DNA of 63,789 nt, counting the filler, from Trichosphaerium sp. ATCC 40318 (Eukaryota > Protista > Tubulinea), in the NCBI GenBank assembly GCA_038496445.1. It is 4 parts of 4 records of this genome, joined end to end, with 100 filler letters (N's around TTAATTAATTAA, not from the genome) between each part and the next. Parts side by side here need not be neighbours in the genome. Positions count along the whole stretch, not along the records: positions 17,237 to 46,211 come from JALMLS010000513.1; 3 more parts are not named here. One strand, written 5' to 3'. Both the position numbers and the translations under genes were made by a program. Under the pieces are notes generated by a model. That model saw only the letters and a list, made by a program, of their open reading frames with translations, was not told the DNA's origin and did no database searches. Of the stretch, positions 24,714 to 36,596 are shown piece after piece. Positions within the stretch are counted from its first letter, which is position 1. Every line of letters starts with the position of its first letter.

Positions 24714-25316
24714 TTAATCCTTTGTCTTCATGCTGTGAAGCAAGTCTTTATTCTTTGCTTTCAAATGGACTTGGAACTTGTGAATATATATCATGCCATT
24801 ATCGTGCCACTGACTGTATTCGCCATATAGCTTTCCTTGCTTATAGAAGGCCTTTTCCCAAAGTCTGCCATTATCATGCCATTGAAGTTGCTTGCCGTGC
24901 TTCCTACCTTGCTGATAGAAACACATTATTAACAGTTGACCTTTAACGTTCCACATCATATATTTACCATCTCTAAATCCATCTACAAAGTGACATTGCT
25001 GAGCAATTTTGAATGTAATCTGTTCAATTCTAAAACTCTTAAATATCCCATGTTTGTCTAAAGCTTCATTGAATCGAGAAGTCAATGCTGTTTTCAGGCA
25101 TAGGAGAGGCCATTTGATGTATACATCAGCTGAAAGGTTTTGTATAATGATATGTAACTCAACGGGAAGTGCTGACAAGGATGAATTGATTGGATAGGCA
25201 TCTAGTCGCCTGTGAAAGAAATAAGACTGAATATGTTATTAACATCGCGAGAATTACCGTTTGATAAAACTGTGGCTATTTCCTTTGTCATACACAAACA
25301 ATTCGGAATCCTCCAT
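24714..25316 (-). CDS. F-box-like plus MORN-variant repeat protein
   Basis: LSALPVELHIII F-box-like motif. Repeats HGKQLQWHDNGRLWEKAFYKQGKLYGEYSQWHDNG. Short first exon from the ATG at 25316. Confidence 0.72.
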
Positions 25317-25724
25317 GGTGACGGAAAGTATCAGATTATAGAATGTTACTTATAGCCCCTTAAGTCAAGGGAACTATTTTTTTGTAAAAGAAAACATAAG
25401 CTGGAGCTGGTAAAAGGTTGCAAGCTAATAAGTTGTTATTTCCTTACTTTCAAATCAATCCACTGCAACATGTGTTGTTAATCGAAACACGCAAGTTGAA
25501 GACTTAACGTAACAGCATGTTACTTTTCATTGATTACAATTAACCACAAGAAAAATATCATCTTGATAAATTGTATTCTCTGAACTGTACAACCGTAGTA
25601 AACAGACTGTTTCTAAGTGGCTCGTACGCATTAATATCTTTGGTGTACCTTTAACGTTTCACTAAAAATGACTGGTATAACGTCACCTTATACGCCATGA
25701 TAAAAACAAAAATACAGAATTTCT

Positions 25725-26386
25725 TTAAACTTTTTTTATTAATCGCAAGGACTTATCAAGTCTCCTTCCCGCGGCTCTTAATAATCTATTTGCCTGTTCT
25801 GTTTGTTTATGTTTATAATTGCGTTTCTTAGCACGTTTTAAAATTGATTGAAGGCAGTTCTGGTATGTATCAAGCACGTCATCAGTTGTACTTATCTCGT
25901 AAAATTTAAAGTTATTTCTTTTTGCATATCCTTTACCCATGTCTGCAGAGACACATCTCTGATTTCTCAAGTCTGTTTTGTTACCAACTAGAAATATAGG
26001 TACTCCTTCCTCTATAGCTGCTTTGACCATTGTTTGGTATAAAGGCAGTGCCGAAAACGAAGTGGGACTTGTAACATCCTAAAAAAAAAGCCGTTAATTT
26101 TTGAACTTGTTCGAACGAAACACAAAGCACGTACGTATATAAGTACTATCCCATTTGCGTCCATGTAGGTATTGTTTCCATACATATCCATAGATTCCAT
26201 ACCACTTGTATCTACAAAATCTACACGTTCGGTATTGGCACGTGATATAAAGGATGTTTTGCCTATTTGTGTTGTAAGAACTTTATCCTGATAACGTAAG
26301 ACCTTTGTGTTTTCTTTTGTTTTGTTTAAAGACTTACCGGTACTATTAGCTCCTATTACCACTATTCTTAATATTTGTTTGCTCAT
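25725..26386 (-). CDS. Divergent Ras-superfamily small GTPase
   Basis: G1 GANSTGKT (spliced), G3 DTSGME, G4 LVGNKTD, G5 YEIST. Confidence 0.85.
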
Positions 26387-27123
26387 TTGTTGCTATCCTT
26401 GTGTTTGTTCGAAATAAATGCAGTTTTTTATGGTTCGCCACTCACAGTGACGCAAACTTAACAATTATGGTTCGTTCGTTAATAAAATCATCGCTAAAGA
26501 CCATTCCAAGCTACGTTTGCAGTAAATAAAAAACTGCTTGTTCGAAATTCTTTTCGATCACGTGATACGATAATACGGCGTAAGGTAATCTATTGAGGAC
26601 ATGGTTGTATCAAATCGTTCGAAAAGAATCTTTTTACGTAAAAGCAGTCAATGAAAAGTAACGCAATGCGAAAAACATGAATGATTTCGCTTAAAAACCA
26701 TCCCTAATTAGCACGTCAGATAACGGAGTGTACGTACCTTGTACTTTTTTGTACTCGGGGAGTTATTATTCTGAAGAAAGTATACAAAACACGGCAATTC
26801 CAAAAAAAACTGCAAACAAATACTACACAAAGTGTCGGATTTCATTTAAAGATGGCACGTGTTTAGGGATAATAAGTAGAAGCATACAAGCACCCGTTTT
26901 GTAGCTCTGAGAAATTGAGACTTCTGTCCGAGAATTTCTTTTAACTAGCTTTACTAGCGTTTACTTTTTTGCTGTCTGTGGCGTGCATATAAACATAACA
27001 AAGTTCTTACTAAAATGAAGATGAAATCTGACGTCAGATCAAGCACTTGCGTTTTTGGGACTCATTCCGGATCAATTTCTTCTCAAGGCAGTAAATGCTT
27101 ATTGACATAGGTCTTGTTTTTAT

Positions 27124-28818
27124 TTAAAGAGCAGGTTCAGCGTTTTTACAAAGAGCTAAAAAGTCGCTAGAGAACCATTGACCAGCTTCAGGTGCAGGTA
27201 CGACACTATCTTCAGAGCGACAGTGGAAGTCGTATCTTGTGGATGTGGTATTTGTGGTACCATCAGATTCACCTGTTGAGAAAGAATAGTTAACAAAAAA
27301 TTGCGTGATGGAATTTAGAGCTTACCAGGAACTTTGACGAAGATGAAAGCGTCAATGTTGCTCACACCAGTAGATTGAGTGCTTGTGGTTGGTCTTACAC
27401 CTAATCCTGATCCCTTGATGTTACACCAGTTTGAGCAGTCTTGGCGAGTGTCTGGGTCACCGTTTCTTGATGTATCAATGACAAATGTCTTTCCTGTGAT
27501 ACCAGCTTGTTCTAGCGCTCCAGAGAGAAGGCTTGTGTAAATGACTTCATTGATGGCATTGTTGTATTGTGATTTTAGTTTACAAGGGTCAGCGGTACTG
27601 CTCATGGATCCAAGAGGTTGGTAGTTGGCGACCTTAATAAAAGATTAGAAAAAAAGCAGACAAAGTATCAACATACGTTTGTAGCGAAACCGCGGATCTT
27701 GTCGTTACCACCAGCAAGAGCCAAGACTTTAGAGAATACAGCAGATGCTTTTTGGAGGTTGTCTGGCCATCCGAGCCAACCACCGTGAGCGGCATCAACG
27801 TATAAGTGTACGTTGCTTAGGGTAGACAATTGTTGGATAGCGTAAGCAACACCCTAATACATGTTAACGTTTATACGCCGGAATATTTTTTCCTTACTTG
27901 TGTGTAAGCGGTTTCAGCTTCTTGACACTTTTGAATAGCCAAGTTGGTAGCGAGATTAGGCAACGAATCAGGTTCTGTTTTTTTTCGAAAAAAAGTAAGT
28001 GGATTATTCTTTCATTGAGATTTCATGAGAAGTGTTACGTACCAACAATACCAACGATTGTTTGGTTAGGAAATCTCTTGAATGTAGCAACAATAGGATC
28101 AATGTACTTTGTTTTGTATGTATTCAAACCTGGTAACAGTTAGCAAAAAAGAAATTTCCGCCAACATGTTTTATTTAGGATAAAAGTTCTTTCGAACGCG
28201 CTTGTACGTACCGTCAGCGCATGCAGCGTTTGCACATAATATCTCTCCGTTGGAGGCAGCAGCGGCGCAATCGCGGTTAGGTAAATCGTAGATTACGAAC
28301 ATCGTCAATTCACCAGCAGCTTTTGCATTTTCGAGGACTTTCAAAGCGCCTGGAATTTTCGACATTGAGTCCATCTAAAAAAAAAGCGCGTTACGGTTTG
28401 GTGACACGTGATTTTTTCTGTTCGTAAACTTTTCGTTCGAAAAAGTTGGCAAACTTACCCAATACGCTACTGGGATGTCTCTGGCTTTCTCCAATAGAGA
28501 TTTTTCTGAAGGATAATCTTTAATGGAAGAATCAACCTCCGCTTGGTAGTCTGGGTTTACAAAGAATGTCTCGCCCTCAAAAGGGTTTCCAGCTATCTTA
28601 GGCTAAGTTAAAGAGTAAGTTACTGGCCTTTTTAATAAGTTGTAGGAAAGTACTGACGGTTGGGACACGGGAAGTGAGTAAAAAAAGTTACGCCCCGTGG
28701 TATTCACTTTTTAAAGCGTGTGTAGCTCGTTGAGAGTGTTCAGTACCTGATTTACTAATACTTCTGCTGAAAATGCAAAAAGCGCAGCAACGGCGCATAG
28801 TAATACGAATGTTCTCAT
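27124..28818 (-). CDS. Secreted glycoside hydrolase family 6 cellulase (cellobiohydrolase/endoglucanase)
   Basis: Signal peptide; GNPFEG..FVNPDY, VIYDLPNRDCAAAASNGE, EPDSLPNLAT, YVDAAHGGWLGW, FVIDTSRNG..WCN, VKVPGESDG, PAPEAGQWF. Confidence 0.95.
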
Positions 28819-29670
28819 GTGCGGCCTTTGTTGTGGGATACTTTTGAAAAAATGGACAAAAACGTGAAAAAAAAATGTGATAGGAAAAGTTTTACTGCTG
28901 AAAACGCGGGCCAACTCACTTTATAAAAAAAATAATATTGGTCACAGGAATACTAGCGCAGCGTACAATTTCTTACTACAACCAATAGGTACTGAGTCAA
29001 TGTGTGCATCAAAAAACAGTCACTCAAAACTTTACACACAGGTAAGTCGACCAACCTACTCCGTGAGCTGTTCTTATCTCTTCTATTGAGTATATTCACA
29101 CAACATAGACAGCTAAAATACCAGAGATAGTTATTTCAGCAAGCTACACGCTGCGTGTGACTTTTTAAGGTCCTAGTCGCACTAGCAAATATGTGCGCCC
29201 TTACTTTTAGGTAAAGCTGTAATGCCCTTCTATTTTATCAATTTTATATGCTAACGATACTTTCTATTCTGTTAACAGTAATTTGATACGGAATAGCCAC
29301 AGACAGTGAACGTTATTTGTCTACTTTCAAACATAGCATCTATAGTAATAAGTGCGCTCTTGAGCATAATTGATAAAAGCACGTGGCGTCTTTACGCTTT
29401 TGCGATGAGACGGATTTATTGTTTTTTTAAAATTGGTTGATTGTCAGGATTTGCTAGCGCTGCACTAGCGTCCACCAACGCCAATACTAGCTCACATGGC
29501 ACATCACAGATATCAACTACAAACAATAAATGTGCGGTTTGGTTGATTAAAATCGCGAGGGTGGACAGGCTTCACAATTTTAAGCTTAACAAAGCCTACT
29601 GTAGCGTAAAGCACATTTGATTGTGAAGGAAATCTTAATACAATAGGTTAAGGAAGTTTATTCAGAGTAG

Positions 29671-31149
29671 CTACACTTCAAGGAACATAAAAACTTGGTC
29701 TTCTTCATACTCTACCAGTTTTATATCGGTTTCATAAAGTGTATTAGCAAATTTTTGTGATACATTTGTGCAAAAAATACACAACACCTTGACACCACCA
29801 GAAATAAGTGGTACAAGCCATTCATCTGTTGCATTTGTTGAGGACAGATCAATGGTATGAACACCTGCAATACTTTTCATACATGTTCCAGTGATACCTT
29901 TACAAGAAGCAAGGCCTAATTTATGTACACCAGCAAGTGCTGAGACTCCTTTGTCTGTAACTGATGTATGTTTTAAATCTATAACATGTACACCGCCCAA
30001 TGCCAAGATACCTAAATCGGTGATTTTTGTACTATCCAAGCATATAGTATGAACGCCTGCTAGTGCCGAAACTCCTACATCTGTGACGTTTGTTTCATCC
30101 AGTAGTATTTCATGGACACCAGCTAGAGCTATAATAGCTTCATCTGTTACTGGCATTTCGTTCAAGTCTATGGAATAAACACCAGCTAATGCTGAAATAC
30201 CCTTGTCTGAGATCAATGTTTCTGTTAAATCTATAGTATGTACACCAGCTAGTGCTGAAACTCCAACGTCAGTTATTGTTTGTACCGAAACCAAAGTTAT
30301 TTGATGAACCCCTGCCAATGGTGAAATACCTTTATCAGTGACTGATGTACCGTTCAAGTAAATGGTATGTACACCTGCCAATGCTTTAACACCCTCATCT
30401 GTTATAAGCTCACACTGGTTCAAACATATAATGTGTGCACCAGCCAATGCTATCAAACCGTCATCTGTAACTGATGTATAGGAAAAATCTATTTTGTATA
30501 CTCCTGCAAGTGAAGAAACACCAGCACTTGTGAAATTCTTACAAGAACGCAAAGCTAAGGTATGCACTCCAGCATATCCACATAATATATCATCACTAAT
30601 AGTGACGCCGTCCATTTTGATCTTTTGTACCCCAGCTAGTGCTTTCAGCCCAATCTCAGTTACTTCAGGACGACTAAAGAAATCTATTGATTGAAGGTGT
30701 TTTGAGAGTTGCACGAGTGCTGAGTCTGTGATACCTGGACAACGAAAGGAACTCAAATGCTTTACTCCACATATAGACTTTACTCCCAAGTCTGTTATAC
30801 AGTCGTTCTCGCATAGTTCTAGTTTATTAACACCAGAAAGAAGAGCAAGATCTGAATCTTTGGCTCTTCTAAAATACTTAAATGATATTGTTGTATTTTT
30901 AAGAAGCGGGCTACCAGCAAGCCGAGAACAACATGAGGTTGACTTAACCATGATGCGATTAAATCCAACATGGTGGAGTATGATAGTCAAGAGCAAGTTA
31001 CAGGTTCTAGAAACGAGAAACCGAGAGGAAACATCCACAAACGTCAGTATATGAGCGATTATCTCTGTTGGAATATCTAGAAGCTCTATATTTCGATTTT
31101 TGAGCTCAAATAGTTCAAGCAAAGCTTCAGCTTTTGTTCTTCGCTCCAT
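29671..31149 (-). CDS. Intronless F-box plus leucine-rich repeat protein
   Basis: LLDIPTEIIAHILTFV F-box, followed by more than ten ~21-22-aa LAGVH.I.L..T.VTD.G repeats. Confidence 0.92.
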   Translation of the reverse strand: MERRTKAEALLELFELKNRNIELLDIPTEIIAHILTFVDVSSRFLVSRTCNLLLTIILHHVGFNRIMVKSTSCCSRLAGSPLLKNTTISFKYFRRAKDSDLALLSGVNKLELCENDCITDLGVKSICGVKHLSSFRCPGITDSALVQLSKHLQSIDFFSRPEVTEIGLKALAGVQKIKMDGVTISDDILCGYAGVHTLALRSCKNFTSAGVSSLAGVYKIDFSYTSVTDDGLIALAGAHIICLNQCELITDEGVKALAGVHTIYLNGTSVTDKGISPLAGVHQITLVSVQTITDVGVSALAGVHTIDLTETLISDKGISALAGVYSIDLNEMPVTDEAIIALAGVHEILLDETNVTDVGVSALAGVHTICLDSTKITDLGILALGGVHVIDLKHTSVTDKGVSALAGVHKLGLASCKGITGTCMKSIAGVHTIDLSSTNATDEWLVPLISGGVKVLCIFCTNVSQKFANTLYETDIKLVEYEEDQVFMFLEV

Positions 31150-31613
31150 TATACCCTGAGGATAGTCAGAAAGTGGTTTTACGTAACGAATAGACTTTAT
31201 TTTAAAGGGTCAGTACCTTTTCACCTGTTTATGTTTCGAAGCTGAGAAATTGGGTGAAAAAGTCAACAATTATCTCGATTCTGCCACCGTCCACTCACAT
31301 TGCCCCACGTGTATAGACACTGTTGGTTGTCTTCAAACGTGGGCTTAGTTACTATGAATAATGGTGATTGAGAGAACCCGCCAAAAACTATCGGGTTGTG
31401 ACACCTTTATTCACTAAAATGTCAGTTAATATAGGTCGTTATTACCAGTTTTGTTGTTTTCTCATTGTCTGACTGATATGTGTACATAAGCTTGAGTTCA
31501 ATTTCACTTAGGTCACTCCGTTATGCTAACATTTCTGATATCAGAACGTCTTACGGCTACCGTCTTAAAGAAAAATAACTTACAAATATTTGGTGGAGAT
31601 GAAGTTAGCAGGT

Positions 31614-33062
31614 TTAATTCATTGTAATAGTGCTTGTGTATGTATTACAATCGAACTGTACAGTAGCTTTGGTCCATTTACGAACAAATACACCACTGTT
31701 AGTTGATGTCTCATGACAAACCTCTGTTGGTGTTCCATAGTCAACCTTGAGTTCATCTGGGTTTGCCTTTAGCTCCTGGAGGATCTGAACCTGAAGAACA
31801 ACCGCTCCAACCATATCCAATCCATGCGTAAGGTCCTCTAACAAGTAGGAAACCCGCCAAGTCTTCTTTGAACTGAGGAAGAGGAGATACAGCTCTATCT
31901 GTTGTTGTGTACTAAAACAAAACTCAGTGGTTCATATTTGGTATACTGTTCTAACCTTGTAGTACAGAGCATTGGTATATGCTTCAGAGGTATTGCTACA
32001 TTCAGCTCTGAATGTCAGGGCGCATTTTTCTTTCGTAGGTGTTGAAAAATCAGCGAATTGTTGCCAACTCCATCCTCCTTTTCCGGCAATAGCAGCATGC
32101 ACTTTGGCAATATTAGCTTTCCAACTAGTATAAATGGCTGTGGTGTCAGTTTGCGTGAGCCCCATATCTGCGGTGCAATAGTAGTCTTCTTCAGTGGCGC
32201 CACCTACGAAAGACTTAGATTGGCCATATTTGATTATAAAATACAAACCGTATTTGTAGTGATCGCAGAATCCTTGGTTCGGCTCCCATTTTTTTCGTGC
32301 GTTAGGGAAATCAGTCCACCCATCAAGGTAAAACCCAGATATTTGATCGTTACCGAGGCCTAGTACGTTTAGACAAACACAAACACTTTAATAGAAAACC
32401 TGTTTCACCAAGAATCACGTGATCGATCAAATAATCCGTCAAAGTCGTATTTCGATGATCCCAAAGGTATTCACCACATGGAACACCTCCACAGTCTCAT
32501 AGACTATTACAAGAACCATCTCCGTGAGGATGATGAGGTGTTTGACCTTGATCGTGATAAAACTCTGAACAAAGAGGCGGGTCGTAGGTTTTATCACATT
32601 GTGATACGTGATAGTTGTTTTTTCCAGAGAACTTTAAAAACCACCCTGCGTAAGCAGCGTCTGTTATTTTCGTGCGAACATTCGTATACCAAGGAAGCGC
32701 TGTCACGTGGGTTTAGTAAAGGAAGAAAAAAAACAAAAATGAAAAGTCGTTTACCTTTGACAAGGTTTCACGAAAACTGTTGTTTTCGGATTCACAGCCT
32801 TTACACGTTTCACTTGTTCCACCAGTAGCTCTTCGCAGTTCATTGGTTTTGCGTTAGCCCATAACTGCTTCGCATTACTCCAATCGAAATCAGCAATACC
32901 AAACTGAGCTGCAAAGTTAGCATCAAAGAAGCCGGAGTCATTACAAGGCATAAATATCGTTGACATTTGCATGTCATACGTTGGCGTCCAGTTTGGCGTT
33001 GTACCGCAATAGCCGAACTCCAACAAGGTGATGAACAGTACCAGATATATGTTGCGTATCAT
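31614..33062 (-). CDS. Secreted putative glycoside hydrolase-like protein (multi-exon, with apparent frameshifts)
   Basis: Signal peptide; PNW.PTY.M..ST..MPCN.SG, FDWSNAK, GPYAWIGYGWSGC, DYG.P...C.ET...SGVF.R.W.KA.V..DCN resemble an uncharacterised TIM-barrel GH-like family (from memory, unverified). Confidence 0.55.
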
Positions 33063-33824
33063 ATGTTGGTTTGGGTAATGGCTGCTTATTTCATATGTGC
33101 ACTGCCTTAGAAAACTGCTATTTCTTTAAGTGTAACAAAAAGTAGTTCGACGTTTCGCAACAGTGCTCGCCAATCTCAAAGACTAAATATTATTAATACG
33201 CGAGTATACTATTTATCGTTGTAGTGGGATTATTCTACGGGTTTTTCCGTTTTCTTTTATTTTTTATTGAAGTTGTTTTACAAGTTGAGATAACCAAGGA
33301 ACTATTTGCGATTTGTAAGTCTGTACGTTCTGCGTTATGATTGTGGATAATGTAACGTAGTTCTACACGAGAAAAACGTCTTGCATAAGGTATCTATGAG
33401 AATAAAGTAAGTATGCCAAAAAAAGACTTCTAATAATAGATTACGACTGAGGCCTTTAATGTCTACTTGTAAAATACGTACAGGTTTTGCACTTATAGGT
33501 ACTTTAATATTAAAACCCCTAGTAATTGTGAGCTCAATAAATACAACGCACACAGCAATGGAGTTCCACAAGCTCTAGCAATACAGAAGAGTTCGTACCG
33601 GAAGTTTTTATATTCAACGACTGCCTTGAGTACAAGGCAATCCGCTGACGATTTCACACGGACAACAAGAACTCTGATCATTTTGTACAACTAATATGTC
33701 GTTAAAAACGTGCGATACAGCTGCTTTTCATTAAACTTGCCAGCGCATTCACTTGTTTTAAGTGAAGTGTTTATTTTGCTACAAAGATTTATACATAATA
33801 TTTTACAAAAAAGAGGCAACAATA

Positions 33825-35228
33825 CTAAATCGAAATAACACCCTTTTCTACATCAACAACACTATTAGTGTTGGATGCTTTTTGAAGATTTGCGTCCCTA
33901 CGCCTTTGGTTCTTTTTCTTGTACGCTTTTTGCTGGAAATGCTTCAATCCAAGTGCGAAGATAACTAAACCAAAAAGGTCAAAACAATCCAAGAAAAAGT
34001 AAAACATTAAGTAAGTTGCAATACGACGTACCTGTTGTGTATACAACACTAAGAAGTATTTGTAGTGTAACTATAATATAAACAAACCATTTAACAGGTG
34101 TGATATCACCATATCCGACTAGGAGTGTTAGAAGACTTAACAGAAAAACAAAGAAAAATGACATTACTAAATAACACAAAAAGAACTTACCTGTACTCAT
34201 AGTAGTCGCTGAAAAGTACACCATACGGACAAATATAAAAACACTCCTCCAACTCTCTTCTTTAACACCTTCCTTAAACACACCATCGAAACTTTTAGGG
34301 TCAGCGCGGAATCTAAAAAAGAAGTCAGCGCTCAAACAAACCAACACATAAAAAAATAATATTCTAGAAGAACTTACGTTATGGTGTAGATACCAGCAAA
34401 CAAGAATATTGTACTCAAGAAACTCTGAGCCAAAAAGTAACCAGATACAGTACGATGAAGTACTTGTTTTGTAAGCTTTATAGATACAACCACTATAAGT
34501 ATAGACAGGAGAAACTAGATAAGAAGCGTAAGCAGTAAGACTTCTCAAAAATGAGAGAAAAAAAAAGAATAATCAATGATTCACGTGCCTGGAATGAACC
34601 CATGACAACAAAACCAATTATATCACCTGTACTTAGTTTTGTAGATGCACTTGAAGTGTTTTTTTTAAAACCTAGAGCTCATGGTAAGCAGAAATTTTAA
34701 ATTAAATATTTAACTTTTTATTTGAAAGTTTTAATAAAAATCAATTACCTGATTCTATCCACGTGAGTACGATAACATTAAGAACCTGCCATGCCAGGGT
34801 AAAGAAAAAAATATTATTAACGAGCCAGTATGGTAGTTTAGTCTTTTTGGTCGGAGTCTACGAATATAAGTTACGAAGTCTTAAATTTCCATAGAAAAGT
34901 ACGAGCAAACACTGCGAGCGCTTAACGTACGTATAGGATATCTTGACCACGAATTTTAGATGTCACAAAATGTAAATCAGTTTGTATACGCTGAATAGCT
35001 TGAACTAGCTCTTGTAGATCATATCTATTGAGTCTTGGGAATTGTTAGTGACCGGAATATAATATTTTGTTATTTGCTTGCAATTGAAGCGAATTTCGCT
35101 ACGTACGCGTATTCACCTCCATCACCATCCGTAATTTCTAGGTGGGAGAGGAAAGGTTGTTTTGAATCTTCATCTTCTTCTTCTGGCTTTATAAATAAGC
35201 CTTTTACCTTTCTAGCGATTCTTTGCAT
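33825..35228 (-). CDS. Potassium channel family protein
   Basis: YFSATTMST|VGYGDITP pore loop across an intron; several TM segments. Confidence 0.85.
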
Positions 35229-35318
35229 TGCAAAAAAGTAAGGCGTTCGTGTATTGTTGAAGAATAAGAGAATTACAACAAAACTCGCTTATCGCCCGCA
35301 ACACTTAAAGTAGCAATT

Positions 35319-36461
35319 ATGTTGCGCTTCACTAGGCCGCTCTATCAAAGTCTCAGCTTAGAGAGTGCATTAAGGAGGAGCAGAAGAAGACGCAAACCCA
35401 CTAAGAAGGTCGAAGTTGATACAAAAGAACACATTGATTTAACAAGAGGTTAATATATTCGCATAAAATAGCGCTTTTATAACGTATTTAGGTCCTCCGC
35501 AGCATTTTGCAGTTGTGAAGTCACCAAAAGAGTGGAAACAAGGTCTAACGCATAAACAATTCCACGTTACAAGAGAACACGGTACTGAGCGTGCTTTTCA
35601 TAACGAATATCACGATGAGAAGGCTAGCGTACGTAAAAGTCACTTCAAACGCGTAATAGACGTATTGTAGTACCCTTCGGACAAAAATACATCCGTAATA
35701 AATGTTTGTAGGGTATTTACTACTCAAGATGTGGTGGACAGCCTCTATTCAGTTCTGAACACAAATATGACAGTGGAACAGTGCGTACTTTTGACATTTT
35801 AATCAAACAACTAAACTCCACACAACAGGGATGGCCATCATTTTGGCGTCCTATAAAAGAAGAAGCTGTTTATTACAAGACAGATAGTTCTTTTGGTTTT
35901 TCAAGAACAGAGGTAATGGATTTTATATTTGACAGATAACTTTCTTCTTCTAATACTCCGTTCAGGTACTTTGCTATAAATCAGGCGCTCACTTAGGTTT
36001 GTGAAACACCCCTTTTACTATTTTAGCTAATGATGTTTCAGGACACGTGTTCTCAGATGGTCCAAAACCGACGGAACTTCGGTAAGCAAAAATTAGGGGT
36101 TTTTTTGTGTTTTTCTGATTGTTGTACTGTCTAGTTATTGCATGAACTCTGCTTCTCTTGATTTCAAAGAGGGGATATCTTCGCTTACGCCACCAGTTGA
36201 AGAAAAAGAGGATATCGAAAACGAAGAAGAAGACGGTGTGGATGAAGCAGAACAAGAAGAAACCGACGATACAGAATTTAACGAAGAAAGTGTTGAATCA
36301 ACGGATACACCAGTTACAGACCAGACTGAGGATACACCAGAGCAGACTATAGATCCCAAAGATTCACCTTCAGATGCGGGTGTTGAACCAGAGATTGCAC
36401 AAGGCACGTGTACTGGTACTAGAGGAGAGTACTAATAGTTTTGTTTATAGACAAAAAGTAA
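35319..36461 (+). CDS. msrB: Methionine-R-sulfoxide reductase B with mitochondrial-type presequence and acidic tail
   Basis: [63 protein letters not shown]. Confidence 0.92.
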
Positions 36462-36596
36462 AATAAAAATACAGCTTGAGCGCGTCACAAATTATGTAAC
36501 TTCAATTTTACATCTGACCTAAACCGTGCGACTGTATTTAGAATGTAAAATAAAGGCGATACTTTTTTTTTGGGTAATACAAATTAACAAGTTTTT

